From assembly GCF_046119375.1 (NCBI RefSeq), contig NW_027362762.1, positions 354,020,001-354,084,000 of the forward strand: a stretch of DNA of 64,000 nt. The letters run 5' to 3'. Positions 25,601 through 37,231 of this stretch are shown in pieces. The DNA comes from Phyllobates terribilis. Taxonomy: Eukaryota. Numbering within the stretch: the stretch's first letter is position 1; every line of letters starts with the position of its first letter. The notes beneath the pieces were generated by a model. It was not told the origin of the DNA, made no database searches, and saw only the letters and a list, made by a program, of their open reading frames with translations. The position numbers were made by a program, and so were the translations under genes.

Positions 25601-28044
25601 AAAAAAAAAATGGCGTGGGATCCACCATAATTTTAGTCTCTAGCGGAGGTTAAGCAGACGGCTGGGGCAGATGTTTGAAGCCTGGGAAGGGGGTAAAACC
25701 CACGGAGCTTCCCAGGCTACTAATATCAGCCCCCAGCTGAATACCTAGCCTTTACTAGCTATTAAAATGGGGGACCCCCCCCAAAAAAATGACGTGGGGT
25801 CCCCCCTATTTTAATAGCTAGCAAAGGCTAGGCAGACAGCTGGGGGCTGATATTAATAGCCCAGGAAGTGTGCCATGAAGATTGGCCCCCTCCCAGGCTA
25901 GAAACACCAGTCGTCTGCCGCCCCAGAAATGGCGCATCCATAGGATGCGCCAACTCTGGCACTTAGCCTCGCTCTTCCACGCTGCCCTGGTGCGGTGGCA
26001 GGGGGTAATAGTGGTGGGGTTCATGTCAGCGCCAGCTGCCATGAAGCCCAGGTTAGTAATGATGGGCGTCTATAATACACCCCAATTACTAACCTACAAA
26101 GTGTTAAAAAGAAAAAACACACTACACCCAGAAAAGAATAATTTATTTGAAATAAAACACACAATTTTATTTAATTCTTAGTTTACTAAAAATAATAGTT
26201 ACCTGTCCACGTTCCTGCGCTGATCTCCCATGCACAGCTGTCACATCTGGAGATGGTGACAGCTGTGCATGGCTGCTGTAAGCTCACGCTGCCGGGAACA
26301 CGTCCGCTCCCGGCAGCGGGAGCCACTGACTGAGGTCACCGGAGTGCATTCAGGCAGCGCAGCTCCGGAGAGCTCCTTTACGGCACTGCTGTACCGTGGG
26401 AATTTCTCACGATACAGCAGGGCCGTAAAGGAGCTAACCGGAGCAGCACTGCCTGAACTCCGGTGAACCCTTACGGCCCCGTCATTCTAGCGGCGGCAGC
26501 GGTTCAGAGCGGTCACATTCTATGTGGCTGCTCTGAACTGGAGATCTTCGTGGGACACTCGTGGACTACTACGGAGGGGTCAGGATAAGGTTGTGGTTTA
26601 TTATTTTATATTTTATTACAGGAGATCGATGGCTTCGGGGAATTAGGTGTCTTGGTGAGTATAGGTGTAGTTTTTTATTTTTTACTTTATTTTAGGTGGC
26701 GATCGGCGGGGACAGGTAATGTATGAACTAATTTATTGTAGGCAACCACTGGCCACCAATGACGTGTATTTAACATTTATTGGGGACACAGTAGGGCAAT
26801 TTAAATAGCAGGATCAGTCTGATGGGTACTACTGCTCCCATCGAGCTGATCCTGCTGGCAGGAGTGGACGGGGGACAGACATAGGCCGATGGGAGTAGTA
26901 GTGTCACATCGGCCTATGTCTGCCTGCACGCACACACTCGCACAGACACCGCACACACCCGCACACATCGCACAGACACCGCGCAAACCCGCACACACAC
27001 CCCGCACACACACTAATCATGACGGGTCTGGGAGGTGAGGCTGACCTGTGCGGCCGTGGGAAAGTTCATGTGAGTTCATGCAGTCAAGCATGAACTCACA
27101 TGAACCCTCTGAGGGCAACGCGGCGACTTCAAATGAACAGCTGATCGGCATCACCTGATACCTCAGCTGTTCATTTGAAATAACCGGCGGGAAAGCGCAG
27201 CACAGAACGGGAAAGCCGGCGGTGAAGTCTTTTCACTGCCGGCTTCCCCGCCCGGGTCCTTCACTCCCCGCTCCTTGGTGCTGCGCTCCCCGCCCGGTCC
27301 TAACTTACGATCGGGATGGGAGGTGGCGAGGGGAGCGGAGGATCGGGGTCGGAGGCTGCGGGGAAGCAGTATGGGGCTGTGTGATTGTTTAAAAGCCGGC
27401 GGCTTTTTACCGCGCGCCGGCTTTTAAACAATCAGGAGAATTCTCCCCCGCTGGGATGGCATTCTGATGACAGGCTGGATCGCGCTGCCATCCAACTTGT
27501 CATCCTTCACAGACACTGCAGAGCGCAGGCATTATGGGAACTTCCGATTCCGGTATCCGATATTGTAAAAGTATCGGAATTAAGTATCGGAATTCCGATA
27601 CCGCGAATATCGGCCGATACCCGATATTACAGTATCGGAATGCTCAACACTACTCGTCAAATGTGAAATGTTGCTTGCAACCTATTCCAAACAAATTAGC
27701 GCTCCTTCCCTTCTGAGCTCTGCCGTGCGCTCAAACAGTAGTTTTCCACCAAATAAGGGATATCGACCTACTCAGAAGAAATTTTACAACAAACTGGTTA
27801 CTTGCTACTCTCGCTTGTTATGATGTGACAATTTTACTCCCCTTTAAGGACTGACAATAAAACATTCAAAATCAACGATAAATTTAAGTTTAGAGGAAAA
27901 AAATGGTATGAAACACCTTTTCCTGTATAATATATTGTATATAAGGCAACATTTAAAAGGATTTTTAAAAAATAATAATTTAAGTAAAGAAAAAAATTAA
28001 TTTTTATTAATTTTTATCTAGGGGAAATATACATTTTTGTACCT

Positions 28045-28527
28045 TGTAAGCCAGTAGATAGAAAGACAATCAGATTTGAGAGTTCTCAGTGGTTGATACC
28101 TTTTAATGGCTAACTGAAAAGATGGTAACAAGTTGCAAGCTTTCGAGACTACTCAGGTCTCTTCATCAGGCATAGTATGACACAAAATGTGAAGAATCAC
28201 ATATTTATACACAATAGGACACAGAAATAGTGCAATAGATGTGACAGGTAACATAAAGCAGAGCTATTACTGTGGGAGAAAGATAAACAGTTCTGGCTGT
28301 AAATATTGGATTAGTTAATAGATAAGGACTGTAAAAGTTTTATTGTCCGGTGATTGAGGTCTGGTCTAGGGTTATGGTGACCCCAAAGCTCTGAGGAGCA
28401 CATTCCTTAGTTGATGTAGAATGACATAAATCCATGCAAAACATTCATTCCTGCTCTGAAGGTGTCAAAGGTCACCATGAGTTTATACTCCCAAATTTTT
28501 CTGTCTCTCTGAGATTTGAAATTACCC
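28045..28527 (-). mobile_element. Penelope-like element (family A) 3' end: endonuclease C-terminus plus pLTR
   Basis: Minus strand reads GNFKSQRDRKIWEYKLMVTFDTFRAGMNVLHGFMSFYIN*, followed by a 3' region containing a hammerhead core. Confidence 0.75.
28133..28173 (-). ncRNA. Minimal type-I hammerhead ribozyme of a Penelope-like element
   Basis: Minus strand: ATGC-CTGATGA-A-GAGAC-ctgagta-GTCTC-GAA-AGCT-T-GCAA. It has both conserved core strands, a 5-bp stem II, a palindromic AGCU stem III and a short UGC/GCA stem I. Confidence 0.8.
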
Positions 28528-30314
28528 AAATTCAATTCATCTTGAATTGCATTGAATTCATCCTAACTCATAACTATATTAGTTACGTCCAACAATTTTA
28601 CCTCCAAACATGGGGCACTGCCATGGGGACAAAATTTGCCCCTAGCTATGCAAACTTATATGTAGGGAGGTGGGAGGGATTCAACATCTTCAATAATGGT
28701 AAATTACGTGAAGGCCTCATTCTTTGGCATCGATTTATTGACAACATTCTCTTTGTTTGGGATGGATCACTAGGTGACCTTAGTCTATTCCTGGCTGAAC
28801 TGAAGGATAATGATTTTGGTCTTGAATTTACCCCTATTGTAAGTATGTCTACAGTTAATTTTTTGGACCTGACTATCTGTGTAGAATAAAATCATCTCAC
28901 TACAAAATGTTACCGAAAAGAAGTAGACTCTAACAGTTATATACATACTTCTAGCTTTCATTTACCTGTTTGGCTTACCAATATTCCGAAAGATCAGTAC
29001 ACCAGGATTCATCGCAATTGCATGAAGATGGAAGATTTTATTACGGAAGCTGAATATGTTAAGCAGCAATTTTTGAATAAGCGTTATGCGGCATCTCTGC
29101 TGGAAAGATCTGCAAAGGAGGTGGGATCCATTCCGAGACAAGAACTGTTGTATAAAGAGAAACAAATTAACAAATTAGCCATTTTGACCCAATATCTTTC
29201 AAACCAAAGGGTATTCAGCAATATCATCCGCAAATACTGGCCGATTCTCCAACAAGATAAGGTTATAGGTGAACTCTTACCTAAACATCCAAGGTTCATC
29301 TACAGAAAAACTCAAACCTTGGGTAATCTGGTAGCGCTGACAACTAAAATAAATACAAAGGCTAGCAAACTGTAAACGGCGAATGCAAACAATTTTTTGC
29401 CCTCCCATATGGGATTCATCCCATGCGGGAGGTGCTCATGCTGTGTTCGCATAGAGATCAAGAAAAGCCTTCAAACTAGCTTTTCTAATTCAAGTAGTAA
29501 TAATCACTTTACTATTAAAGAAGCAATTTCGTGCTATACAATGGGCGTCATATATATTATCCAGTGCCCATGCGGGAAAATTTATATTGGGCGTACGAAA
29601 AGGCAGTTAACAAAAAGAATCAAGGAACATCTGGACAATATTAACAAACGCTATACAGGGCACCCATTGTCACGCCATTTTGCTGAAAAGCACAATTGGG
29701 TCCATTTTTGTGGTATTCAGGTGGTCAAAAGAAACTGGAGAGGAGGGGATTTTTTAAAACAAATGCCCAGAGTGGAGTCCAAATGGATATTTACTCTGGA
29801 CAGTTTGGCACTGAAAGGGCTAAATCACGAAATTGAATTGTACCCCTTTTAAATCTAGTGCTCATGGGAGTTATCCCCTCAAAAGGTGGCATATTGATTG
29901 GTTAAGCCACTTGTTAAACGCATGCGGTCAGGTAGACCCCAGTGCACAATATGAGGTGCCCCTCAGTTAGGTACTGTACATCTCACAGGGGCAAACCTGT
30001 AGTTTGCGCACACAGAGATGTGCTTGTGCGCGTTTTTCAAGCACTGATGGCTTTTTCTTTTTAAGGGTATCTCAGCGTATGAGCTAACACTACATTCTCG
30101 CATCCATGGGACTTTTTAAGTTAACATTTTTTGTGTTGCCTTTTAATCTTTTTTTAATTACATGTGTCAGTAGGAGCATTTTATTTCTACTTTCCGTCAG
30201 GAAATCATGCTGATATCATATATTCTGACAGTAAAAAGTATATAGAGGTATCTAATTAGGGGTTATTTATTCACATATCTTACAAATAGGCAACGATCTC
30301 CATTAGGTTCATAT
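28528..30314 (+). mobile_element. Penelope-like element (family B), 5'-truncated, with disrupted RT and GIY-YIG ORF (28528-29852)
   Basis: FILNCIEFILTHNY, GTAMGTKFAPSYANL, WHRFIDNILFVW (YIDD-type motif mutated), VNFLDL, CPCGKIYIGRTKRQLTKRIKEH and ESKWIFTLDSL..KGLN. The 3' part is interrupted by a hAT end at 30315. Confidence 0.92.
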
Positions 30315-30920
30315 TAGTGTTGAGTGAACACTAAAATGATCAGGTGCTCGAAGCTCGACCCGAGCAACGAGCCCAATGTTAGTCTATGGGAGACCCGAGC
30401 ATTTTTGCGGCGGCACCCCCGGCAGTCTGTAGAAAGCCTACAAAGTGCCAAAAACGATAGTGACAGTGCTCAAATGACATGGGGACAGCATGGGGAACGC
30501 CCCAGGAAGCATTTCTGACCCCCAGGTCACTGCTGTCAATAACGTGGTCAGAGGTATTAAGCCACATTTACGGACTCACAATAAAACGTTCAAAAACGAA
30601 ACTGAAACTGTTTTCCTGTGAAATATGTTAAGGAACATCTTTTCCAGGGTAAAGACTTGTGTACAAGGTAAAATAAATAACCAAAAACAAAAATACTCCT
30701 CCACACCTTGGGCTATGTTCACAAGTAGCACTTTTTATGCGTTTTTGCACTTTTGAATTGCTTTCAACCGTGACAAATGCATTCACCGGGAAATGTCATT
30801 TTAACATTTTACAAGCTTATCTGGCCATTTGCTGTGTGACTCAAGCATACAGTGCTGAAAAGACATGGGAACAGCATGGGGAAGACCCCTGGAAGCATCT
30901 CTGACACCCAGGTCACTGCC
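30315..30920 (+). mobile_element. hAT 5' end (CGAGC-subterminal family)
   Basis: Starts TAGTGTTGAGTGAACACTAAAATG and is colinear with 43904-44545. No matching right end or TSD was found. Confidence 0.8.
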
Positions 30921-31079
30921 TAAAAATGTGCCCATCAGAAGTGATCCTTGCGCATCAGAAGATGCAGACTTACAACTATCCCCGTGCAAGTCCTTGTCCC
31001 AGGGCAGTGTTCAATTGTACCTCCCCCATTCCTTGCAATGCCAGCGCAAATATTCAGCCAACCACCCACCCACCTACAG

Positions 31080-32630
31080 GCTGCAATACTATACTGCTAG
31101 CTTGCACTTGAAATGAGGCCTTTTAGTTTGGAGGAGGCCAAAGCTGGCCACTACTTCATGGCTGCATCGGCGGCGAGGTCTCCATACTCAGTCCCCAGCC
31201 ACCACTATTTGTCCCGGGAACCTTCCCCACACTTTTCATAGCCTGGCCTTCTTTAGGGCAGCATTAAACGAGCCCACCAGACAACCAGAGACTCCTCTGG
31301 TAGGCCCTGGCTTCTCCATCAGGGGAGTTGAGAGTGCCAAGGTGAGGAGCATGATGATGATGATAGAAGTTAGCATTTGCTTTGTTTTCTTGGAATGCAA
31401 GCGTAAGTGTGCAGCCTGCCACCGACCCACCCCCAGGCTGCAATACCATACTGCTAGCTTGCACTTGAAATGGGGCCTTTTAGTTTGGAGGAGGCCGAAG
31501 CTGGCCGCTACCTCATGGCTGCTTCGGCAGCGAGGTCTCCATACTTAGTCCCCAGCCGCCACTATTTGTCCCGGTTACCACACACTTTTCTTAGCCTGGT
31601 TTGCTTTAGGGCAGCATTGGACAAGCCCACCAGACAACCAGACTCCTCCGGTGGGCCCTGGCTTCTCCATCGGTGGAGTTGAGAGTGCCAAGGTGAGAAG
31701 CATGATGAAGATGATAGAAGTTAGCATCAGCTTTGTTTTCTTGGAATGCAAGCGTAAGTGTGCAGCCTGCCACCCACCCACCCCCAGGCTGCAATACCAT
31801 TCTGCTAGCTTGCTTGCACTTGAAATGAGGCCTTTTAGGCTTGTGGAGGCAGACGCCGGCCACCATGTCATGGCTGCGTCGGCGGCCAGGTATACATACT
31901 CAGTCCCCAGTCGCCCGGCGGCCGGGTGTCCATACTCGGTCACCAGCCGCCCCTATTTGTCCCGGTGCGCCTTATACACAATCGTGCATACCAAAACATT
32001 ACCTGTGCCCTCCCCAGTGCATTTAGTGGGAAGGACAGCCTAACCACAAAGACATGGACAAGTGAATGTGGCCAGGGATGGTACATCTCACTGACACCTA
32101 CACACTGGGTTAATTTTGTGGAAGCCGGGACATAGTTGGACACTGGGATGCAACACGTCCTCCAAACATAGAGGATTGCGGGTGCTGAGTCAATCAGGCT
32201 TCAACACAAAGTTCAGAAGGTAGACAGCAGCAGTGGTCGGCCTCCTACACAATGAGTCAATTATTCATGATCATGAGGACATCCATCTCCTTAGCTTTCT
32301 ATTCCTTGGAATGCAAGCACATGTATATAGTGGTGGCTAGGCCTGAGGTGGTCAGCGTTTTGGCACATATCCTACCTCCTCCGAGGATTGCTGGATGTTT
32401 TCCTGCTACTATCCCAGTTCTATGACTCCCGTTAAAACAAAGCTTCAGGTGATGAATGATGGATGAGGTGGTGGCAAAGGAGAAAGAGCAGGAGGAACAG
32501 GGACCATTCACAACAATATCAGGTCAGTCAAACACACATGTCTTGTAGGATATGTTTCTTTACCAAAAGGAGCGGTTCGGCTACACAGTTATAGGGCATA
32601 CAGTGATTGCAATACCTACCAAAAATTTCG
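31080..32630 (+). pseudogene. Highly decayed hAT transposase fragment with an ~360-bp triplication
   Basis: LLALEMRPFRLVE..YSVPSR and TWTSECGQGWYISLT..HWVN. CTGCAATAC..GCACTTGAAATG recurs near 31081, 31439 and 31789. Confidence 0.75.
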
Positions 32631-32904
32631 AGGCACTCCAATGCCCCTTGGAAGTGACAAGGAGGTCAGAGGGCCTTAACTAAACCGTTTTTTCCATTTA
32701 TAGCAACTGGGTCTCCTGTACACTGTTGGCCTAAGCAGTGAATGGAAGGCTTTCCAAAAATTATGAGGAACTGCAATGCCCCTTGAAACAGATGTGCATT
32801 ACAGCGTACTAAAAACCTTCTACCCATTATTGGGGAGTGGGTCTCCCTTAGTGTTCTCCTATGCATTGAAAAGCAGAAGCTGACTAAAATTAGGAGGAAA
32901 TGCA

Positions 32905-33640
32905 ATGCCCATTGGAAGAGTCATGGAGGTTAGAGGTAATTAAGAACAACATTTCAATGCCCCTTGGAAGAGCTGTGGAGTTCAGAGTGGTTTAACAAGA
33001 CGGTTTTAATGCCCCTTGGAAGAGATGTGGAGGTCACAGTAGCTTAACAAGACAGTTTTAATGCCCCTTGGAAGGGACGTGGAGGTCCCACTGAAATAAA
33101 AAGACAATATCAATGCCCCTTGGAAGAGTGGTGGAGGTCCCAGTGGAATAAAAAGACAAAATTAATGCGCCTCGGAAGAGTGGTGGAGGTTACAGTGGAA
33201 TAAAAATACAATATCAATTCCCCATGGAAGAGTGGTGGAGGATGCAGTGGAATAAAAAGACAATATCAATGCCCCTTGGAAAACTTGTGGAGGTCGCAGT
33301 GGAATAAAAAGACAATATCAAAACCCTTGGAAAAGACATGGAGGTCACAGTAGCTTAACAAGACAATCTTAATGCCCCTTGGAAGAGACCTGGAGTTCAG
33401 AGTGGTTTAACAACATGGTTTTAATGCCCCTTGGAAGAGACGTTGAGGTCACAGTAGCTTAACAAGACGGTTTTAATGCCCCTTGGAAGAGACATTGAGG
33501 TCACAGTGGAATAAAAAGACAATATCAATACCCCTTGGAAGAGACGTGGAGGTCCCAGTGGAATAAGGAGACAATATCAATGACCCTTGGAAGAGACGTA
33601 GAGGTCACCGTAGCTTAACAAGACGATTTTAATGCCCCTT
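32905..33640. repeat. 52-bp tandem array, ~14 copies, 3' of the minus-strand hAT transposase
   Basis: AATGCCCCTTGGAAG occurs at 32956, 33008, 33060 and 33112. Two subtypes are present (GGAATAAAAAGACAATATC and GCTTAACAAGACGGTTTT). A ~140-bp duplication follows (33640-33900). Confidence 0.92.
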
Positions 33641-34061
33641 ACAAGAGCCATGCAGTACAGCATATTAAAAAAATTATTCCCATTATTGGGGAGTGGGTCT
33701 CCCATAGTCTTTGCCTATGCCTTCCAAGCAAAAGCTGCCAAAAATTAGGATGGAGGAACTTGCAATGCCCCTTCAAGAGCCATGCAGTACAGCATATTAA
33801 AAACATTATTCCCATTATTGGGTAGTGGGTCACCCATAGTCTTTGCCTATGCCTTCCAAGCAAAAGCTGCCAAAAATTTGGACGGAGGAACTTGCAAAGC
33901 TGGCAACATGGACCACGATCAACCTGGTGGTATAGTGGTGGTGGAGGCCGAGGATAAGGAGAAGAGCAAAAAACAGCCGAAATGAGGAAGCGTATACCCA
34001 TGTGTGGGTGTGAAGCGGTGCATGGGAATACACCTCCCAAAATAACAGAGTGGATTTGACT

Positions 34062-37000
34062 TTATGTTACTCTGCTGTCGTTTGGTGATGATGAGTAGTC
34101 TGGCCCAATCCAGCCCTTGTTCATTTTGATAAGGGTCAGCTTGTCAGCATTGTCAGTTGACAGCCGAGTGCGCTTCTCAGTTATAATTCCCCCAGCGGCA
34201 CTAAAAACACGCTCCGATAACACACTAGCGGCAGGGCAGGCCAGGACCTCCAAGGCGTACAGAGCGAGTTCATTCCAAGTGTCCAGCTTGGATACCCAAT
34301 AATTAAAAGGCACAGAGGAATCACGGAGGACACTGGTACTGTCGGCAAGGTACTTTTAAAACTTTCCACTCCTTTTGAGAGTACCCCGCGCCTCAAGGCC
34401 TGTAATCTGGGCTGGTCTCAGAAATCTGTCCCAGATCATTGACAGTGTTCCCCTGCCTCTGCAAGATTGGAGTTGCGTCTCTCTCGCCTGTACGCCTTGG
34501 TTGGGCAACGAACTGTGACCTCTGCCGCTAGCGTGTTCAGGTGGGAACTTTTTTAACAGTTCTACAGCAAGGTCCTTCTGGTACTGCCCCATTTTTGTAG
34601 ACCTCTCCACCTCAGGAATAAAAGAGTGAAAGTTCTCCTTGTAGCGGGGGTCTAAAAGTGTCACCAAACAGTAATGACTGACACCCAACATTTTGACAAC
34701 GCGAGGGTCACGGTTAAGGCAGCGTAACAAAGTCAGCCATCCGTGCCAGACTGGTAACAGGCAAGACTTCCGTGTCCTCACCAAGATGACGACTGACCAT
34801 GCTTTCCTCCTCTCCCCTGTCCTCAGGCCACCCATGCTAAACCGACGGTATGACAGTTTTGCAGGTACTACCGTCTACAGCGCATGACTGAAGCTACTGT
34901 TCTTCCTCCTCCTCCTCTCCCTCATTGTCCCCCAAAACACTTTGGGATGAGATGAGGCTGGGCTGTGTGTAATTGCCCGCAACGGCTTCTTGATCCATCT
35001 CATACTCTGGCTGCAATGCCTCATCTTTAATTCTCTGCAGAGAGCGTTGCAAAAGACAGACAAGTGGGATGCTGACGATAATGATGGCGTCATCGCCACT
35101 CACCATCTGGGTGGACTCCTCAAAGTTTGTCAGGATGGTACATATGTCAGACATCCATGTCCACTCCTGAGGTCTTATGTGTGGAGTCTGACCTGAATAT
35201 CGACGGCCTTGTTGCAGCTGGTACTCCACAACTGCTGTCTTCTGCTCACAAATCCTTTGCAACATGTGGAGGGTAGAGTTCCAACGTGTGGGGACATCAC
35301 ACACCAGTCGGTGTGCTGGTAGCTGCAAGCGCTGCTGCAACATAGCATGGGTGGCAGAAGCTGAAGCCGACTTCCGAAAATGAGCTGACAGGTGGCGCAC
35401 TTTGACATTCATATCTGGCAACTCGGGGTATGATTTAAGAAACCGCTGAATCACGAGGTTAAGCACATGAGCCAGTCATGGTACGTGTGTGATCTCGCCT
35501 CACCTCAGAGCCACTACCAGGTTACGGCCATTGTCACACACGACCATGACTGGATGTATGTTCAGCGGTCTCAGCCACAGATCTGCCTGATATTTCACAG
35601 CTGTCCACTACTCACAAGCAGTGTGAGGTTTATCACCTAAGCTTATGAGTTTCAGCACAGCTTGTTGCTGCTTGGCTGAGGCAGTACTGCAGTGCTTCCA
35701 GCTTGTAACTGATGTGGTGATATCTGAGATGTAGGCTGAACATGAGGAGGAGGAAGGAGGATGATGCGCAGAAGCTGTACACTGTAGGGTCAACTCTGAC
35801 GGACATAGGCCCGCAATCCTCGGTCTGGGGAGGTTGTGTTCCCTCCCAAGGTCCGACTGAGTCCCGGCTTCCACTATGTTCACCCAGTGTGCCGTCAGGG
35901 AGATGTACCGTCCCTGGCCACAAGTACTTGTCCACGTGTCCGTTGTCAGGTGGACTCTCCCAGTAACTGCGTTGTTGAGGGCACGGCAGATGTTTTGGGA
36001 CACGTGCTTGTGTAGTGTGGGGATGGCACACTTGGCAAAATAGTGTCGGCTGGGGACCGAGTACCGAGGGACGGCCACCGCCGTAAGGTTGCGAAAGGAT
36101 TCTGTCTCCACCAGCCTAAAAGGAAGCATTTCCAACGCAAGCAGTTGTGAAATGTGCGAATTTAATACTGTGGACAGTGGGAGTTGGCTGCGAATTTGCG
36201 CTTTTGTTCAAAGGTCTGGGATATGGACAATTGAACGCTCCGGTGGGACGTGGAACGTGGACGTTGATGCTGTTTCTTGAGAAACTGCATTAACAAGTGA
36301 AGACTGAGAGGAGGGGGCATCTTTGCATGCAGTATGGACAGGGGATTGCCTTGCATGTACAACAGGGGGTTCTCTTACATGCACAACAGCGGAAGAAGCA
36401 GTGGTGAAACCTGCTGACACTGGTCATGAACCCTGGGGTTCGCCCCACAAAGTCGGGTGCTTTGCTGCCATATGCCTGATCATGCTGGTGGTGGTCAGGC
36501 TGGTAATTTTGTCACCCCTGCTGATGCTGGCCTGTCAGGTGGTACAAATGTCCTTTTTGGGGTAATCAGCAGAGTCTTTAAAAAAATTCCAGACTCTGGA
36601 AGACCTACCGGTTTTACTGGCAACGTCCTTCGTGTTAGTGTTACGGGGAGTGGTTGCCCGCCTTCTGTCTGCGGCCACCACACTGCTTCTTCCTGCATGT
36701 TTGGGGTACTCTGCCTCCCTCCCCCTGTGTGCTGCTGGCCTCGCTCTGCATGTCCTCCTACCACGTTGGGTCAGTTAGTAGATCATCCACCACCTCCTCC
36801 TCTTCCACTTCCGCACCTCGGTCCTCCTCCTAGCTTCATGGCAATTGTGTCTCGTCATCATCCACCTCTTGTGACAAATTGTCAGCGTCGCCTTCCTGTG
36901 GCCGTGGCTGTTCAAATATTTGTCCATCGCTACATGGGATCTGCTCTTCCACCACTTCAAGCGGAGCAGGCAAGGGGCCCAAATATGGAAATAGACCAGT

Positions 37001-37231
37001 GAACATCTCTTCAGAGGGTCCAACTGTGGGATCACTTGCTGTCTGATGACACTTGGCATGGTAGGAGGAAGGAGCATCAGGTTGAGGAGGAGTATCCAGT
37101 CGAGACTCATGGCTACTAACACTTGACCGCGTGGAAGACAGATCGGAGGTGGTGGTGCCCAGGTGACTGGAAGTATTATCTGCTATCCAATTAATAACCT
37201 GTTCACACTGATCATGCACACTGAGATGCAT
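34062..37231 (-). pseudogene. Near-complete but multiply frameshifted hAT transposase
   Basis: In gene order: CEQVINWIAD N-terminus, EMLPFRLVE, HLTTDTWTS, LNLVIQ, CDVPTRWNSTLHML, LLDPRYK, and the hATC dimerisation domain YWVSKLD..CPAASVLSERVFSAAG..RTRLS..IKMN. Confidence 0.93.

Larger units (their letters stand above)
19419..27652. mobile_element. Complete 8,234-bp non-autonomous hAT element with no transposase
   Basis: Perfect 11-bp TIR TAGTGTTGAGC, perfect 8-bp TSD CTCGTCAA (19411-19418 / 27653-27660), and CCGATA/TATCGG subterminal clusters at both ends. Confidence 0.95.
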
